Source: Sminthopsis crassicaudata | Taxonomy: Eukaryota | Assembly (NCBI RefSeq): GCF_048593235.1 | Contig: NC_133618.1 | Span: forward strand, 453,386,947 to 453,450,946 | Reading direction: 5' to 3' | DNA: 64,000 bases | Shown here: in pieces, positions 61,881 to 64,000 of the stretch | Position numbering within the stretch: position 1 is the first letter of the stretch | Layout: the number at the start of each line of letters is the position of its first letter | Program-made: the position numbers and the translations under genes | Notes under the pieces: model-generated | What the model saw: the letters and a program-made list of their open reading frames with translations, nothing else | Told to the model about the DNA's origin: nothing | The model's database searches: none

Positions 61881-63105
61881 NCTATTCACAGTATCAGTGT
61901 AACAATAGGGATGTACAATCATACAAGGTGTCACCTCAGCATCACCTGCAGTGGTGGAGACTCACCTCCAGAGGTTGGTGTCATAGCCAGTTTCATACCA
62001 TGGGACTCTGGGGGAGTTAGTCAGAGGTGACCAGACCCCCAAAGCCAGAGGGCAATTGAAATTCTGCCAGTCCCAGAGTGTGGTCTTCCATCTTCCCCAA
62101 CTATGGCTCAATGCATCGCTTTGTCTAAGCATCCTGGGACCGGGGTGAGGTGTGGGGCGGATAGAAGGGGACTTAATAATCCAGGTTAGATCAACAAGGG
62201 GTCTCCAGACTTGGTACAAACGTCCAACATCCACTAAGCTCTGTGTGCCCAGACCTACACGTGACCATTCCACCCCTCTAAGAGCTCACAGTGCGGTGTA
62301 GGAGACAGGACTCAGGCCTAGGCCACAATTTACTCACAAGCCAGGTAAAATGGAAACAACGTCCCATTGCATGCATCAGATAGTCAAGCTGTAATTCCAA
62401 AAAGCAGTTAGCAGTAAAGAGTTTGAGCTCAGGGGCAGGGGATGGGGAGAAGACTAGAGAACTGAGTTTGAATCTCAGTTTTGCTAGTAATTGGGCGACT
62501 CTGAGAAAACTCCTTGCCAGTTTCCAGGTTTCAGTATCCTCATCCATAAAACAAAAAGGCTGGCGTAGATTCCCTCTCAGATTCCCTGCAGTTCTCAGTT
62601 CTCTGAACTTCTGTGAGTCTCAGTTCCCTCATCTATGAAATGGGAGCGATACTTGCACAACTTCTGTCACAAGGCTGTTGTCATGAAAGAGCTTTGGAAA
62701 CTGCCAGCAGAGAAACCAAAATTGTTGTTATTCTTAGGCAGTCAGTGGAGGCTGTCGCCCTCCTCAAAGGAGCTGTTGGCACATGGATGCTCCGAGGAAG
62801 GCAGCGAGCTGAGGAAGGGTGGAGGGGCTGGGGGAAGGGGCACAGTGGTATTAGTTGACTCAGACGAGCTGGCATTAGCTCCTCCCTTCCCACCCTTCCT
62901 ACTCTGGAGCTGACCCACAAATTGAGAAATGTGTGTTCTTTTTCCCTCGTTAAAATTAAGGGCCGGGCCAGGCCCTCTCCACTCTGGACTGCCAACCAGG
63001 GGGAAACTATGACGACTTGTGGAGATGAAGGGAGGGAGAGGTCACTAGGACTGGGACCCGGAAGCTCCACCACCAGGCCTCACTCTCAGCATCCTCGGTC
63101 CTTAC

Positions 63106-63193
63106 CTGTAGGGCCTTTCTTTTCCCTCTGGAATATGTGTCTAAAGCCCAGTTCCACTAAACACCTTCTAACAGGTGCTGCTAGAATCAAACC
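63106..63193 (-). other. Candidate 88-nt exon (unverified)
   Basis: Minus strand: cctttctttactctAG|ggtttgattc...ggccctacag|GTaagga; one open frame GLILAAPVRRCLVELGFRHIFQREKKGPT, not recognised as a known protein. Confidence 0.25.
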
Positions 63194-63639
63194 CTAGAGT
63201 AAAGAAAGGACTGATTGATTTTCCCAAGCAGTTTGGAGTATATTACAGGATGGAGCAGTGAGTAATGAACCATAGGGTGTCAGACTGGCTGGAAGAGATC
63301 TCAGAACACAGAAGACAAAATTTTTTAAAAATAAAAAAAAAAAGAAAATAGAATTAAATAGTTGGAACAGGCCTCAGAATATAGCCTATTAGAACCAGAA
63401 GGAATATATAGCATGTTGGAAATAGAAAAGAAGTCTTAAAATATGAAACATAAAAGGTCAGTAATGGAAGGGACTCCTCTAACAGTTTCCCAATTCCTTC
63501 TGCAGAGGAAGAAGCTGAGCTTCAAAGGAGATTCAGGCAGTGAACATCAATGAGCTCTGACAGAAGATAGCAATGACAACCCACAGAGTTTTGGCTTTGG
63601 GCAATGCCTTAATCTTAGAATTTCCATACAATACCAGAC

Positions 63640-63865
63640 AAGGACTCGAGATAAGAACTAAGGAGAACATTTTAACATTGGAAGCTGAAAAAAAAAGAGG
63701 AATTAGTTGACTTAAAGTGTCATTGTAATAGTAAGCTCTCCATCCTTGAATATCTTCAAGAAGCAGTTTGATAGTCACTTGGGGATGTTATGAAGAAGTT
63801 TGAAGATGGATTGGTCTGGAAGGCCTCTGAAGTATCCTCCAATTCAGCCTCTGATTCTGTAATTT
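63640..63865 (+). mobile_element. L3/MIR3 3' end
   Basis: gtaatagtaagctctccatccttgaatatcttcaag...gatagtcacttggggatgtt...ggcctctgaagtatcctccaattc...ctctgattctgtaatt. Confidence 0.65.
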
Positions 63866-63889
63866 TATGCCAGGCACAGGGAAATAAAG

Positions 63890-64000
63890 CAATAACCAGG
63901 TTCTTCCCAGAGAGAGTATGGTGGGAACTGAGTGTGGATCACAACATAGCATTTTCACTCTTTTTGTTGTTGCTTGCTTGCATTTTATCTTCTTTCTCAT
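63890..64000 (+). mobile_element. L1 3' UTR fragment running off the window
   Basis: gtgggaactgagtgtggatcacaacatagcattttcac...gcttgcatttt, matching 18392-18440. Confidence 0.85.

Noticed and set aside
60846-62020. Three long ORFs (349-390 aa) in the track
   Set aside because: Almost entirely X from the N gap; the same applies to ORFs over the gaps at 20080, 38047 and 46329.

Overview
Eukaryotic, repeat-rich, apparently non-coding DNA from a marsupial. The repeat complement (WSINE1-like and MAR1-like SINEs, MIR, L2, L3/CR1, RTE, marsupial-type L1 3' ends, hAT MITEs) fits an Australian marsupial; a dasyurid such as the Tasmanian devil is my inference, not a result. I recognise no intact protein-coding gene. 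The ORF track is explained by LINE relics, microsatellites, chance ORFs and N-runs. Well-supported non-TE features are a ~135-bp mitochondrial ND1 insertion (NUMT), a full-length poly(A)-tailed 7SL retrocopy, a ~400-bp local direct duplication, a ~200-bp inverted duplication bracketing 1.86 kb, a 33-bp minisatellite with higher-order structure, two chains of adjacent palindromes and four assembly gaps. Several CpG-retaining unique islands look regulatory, including a cluster of four TCF/LEF motifs, and there are a few minus-strand splice-signal-bounded exon candidates. I found no evidence for a novel multi-gene system. All repeat names come from recognition by eye, and coordinates of old repeats are approximate.
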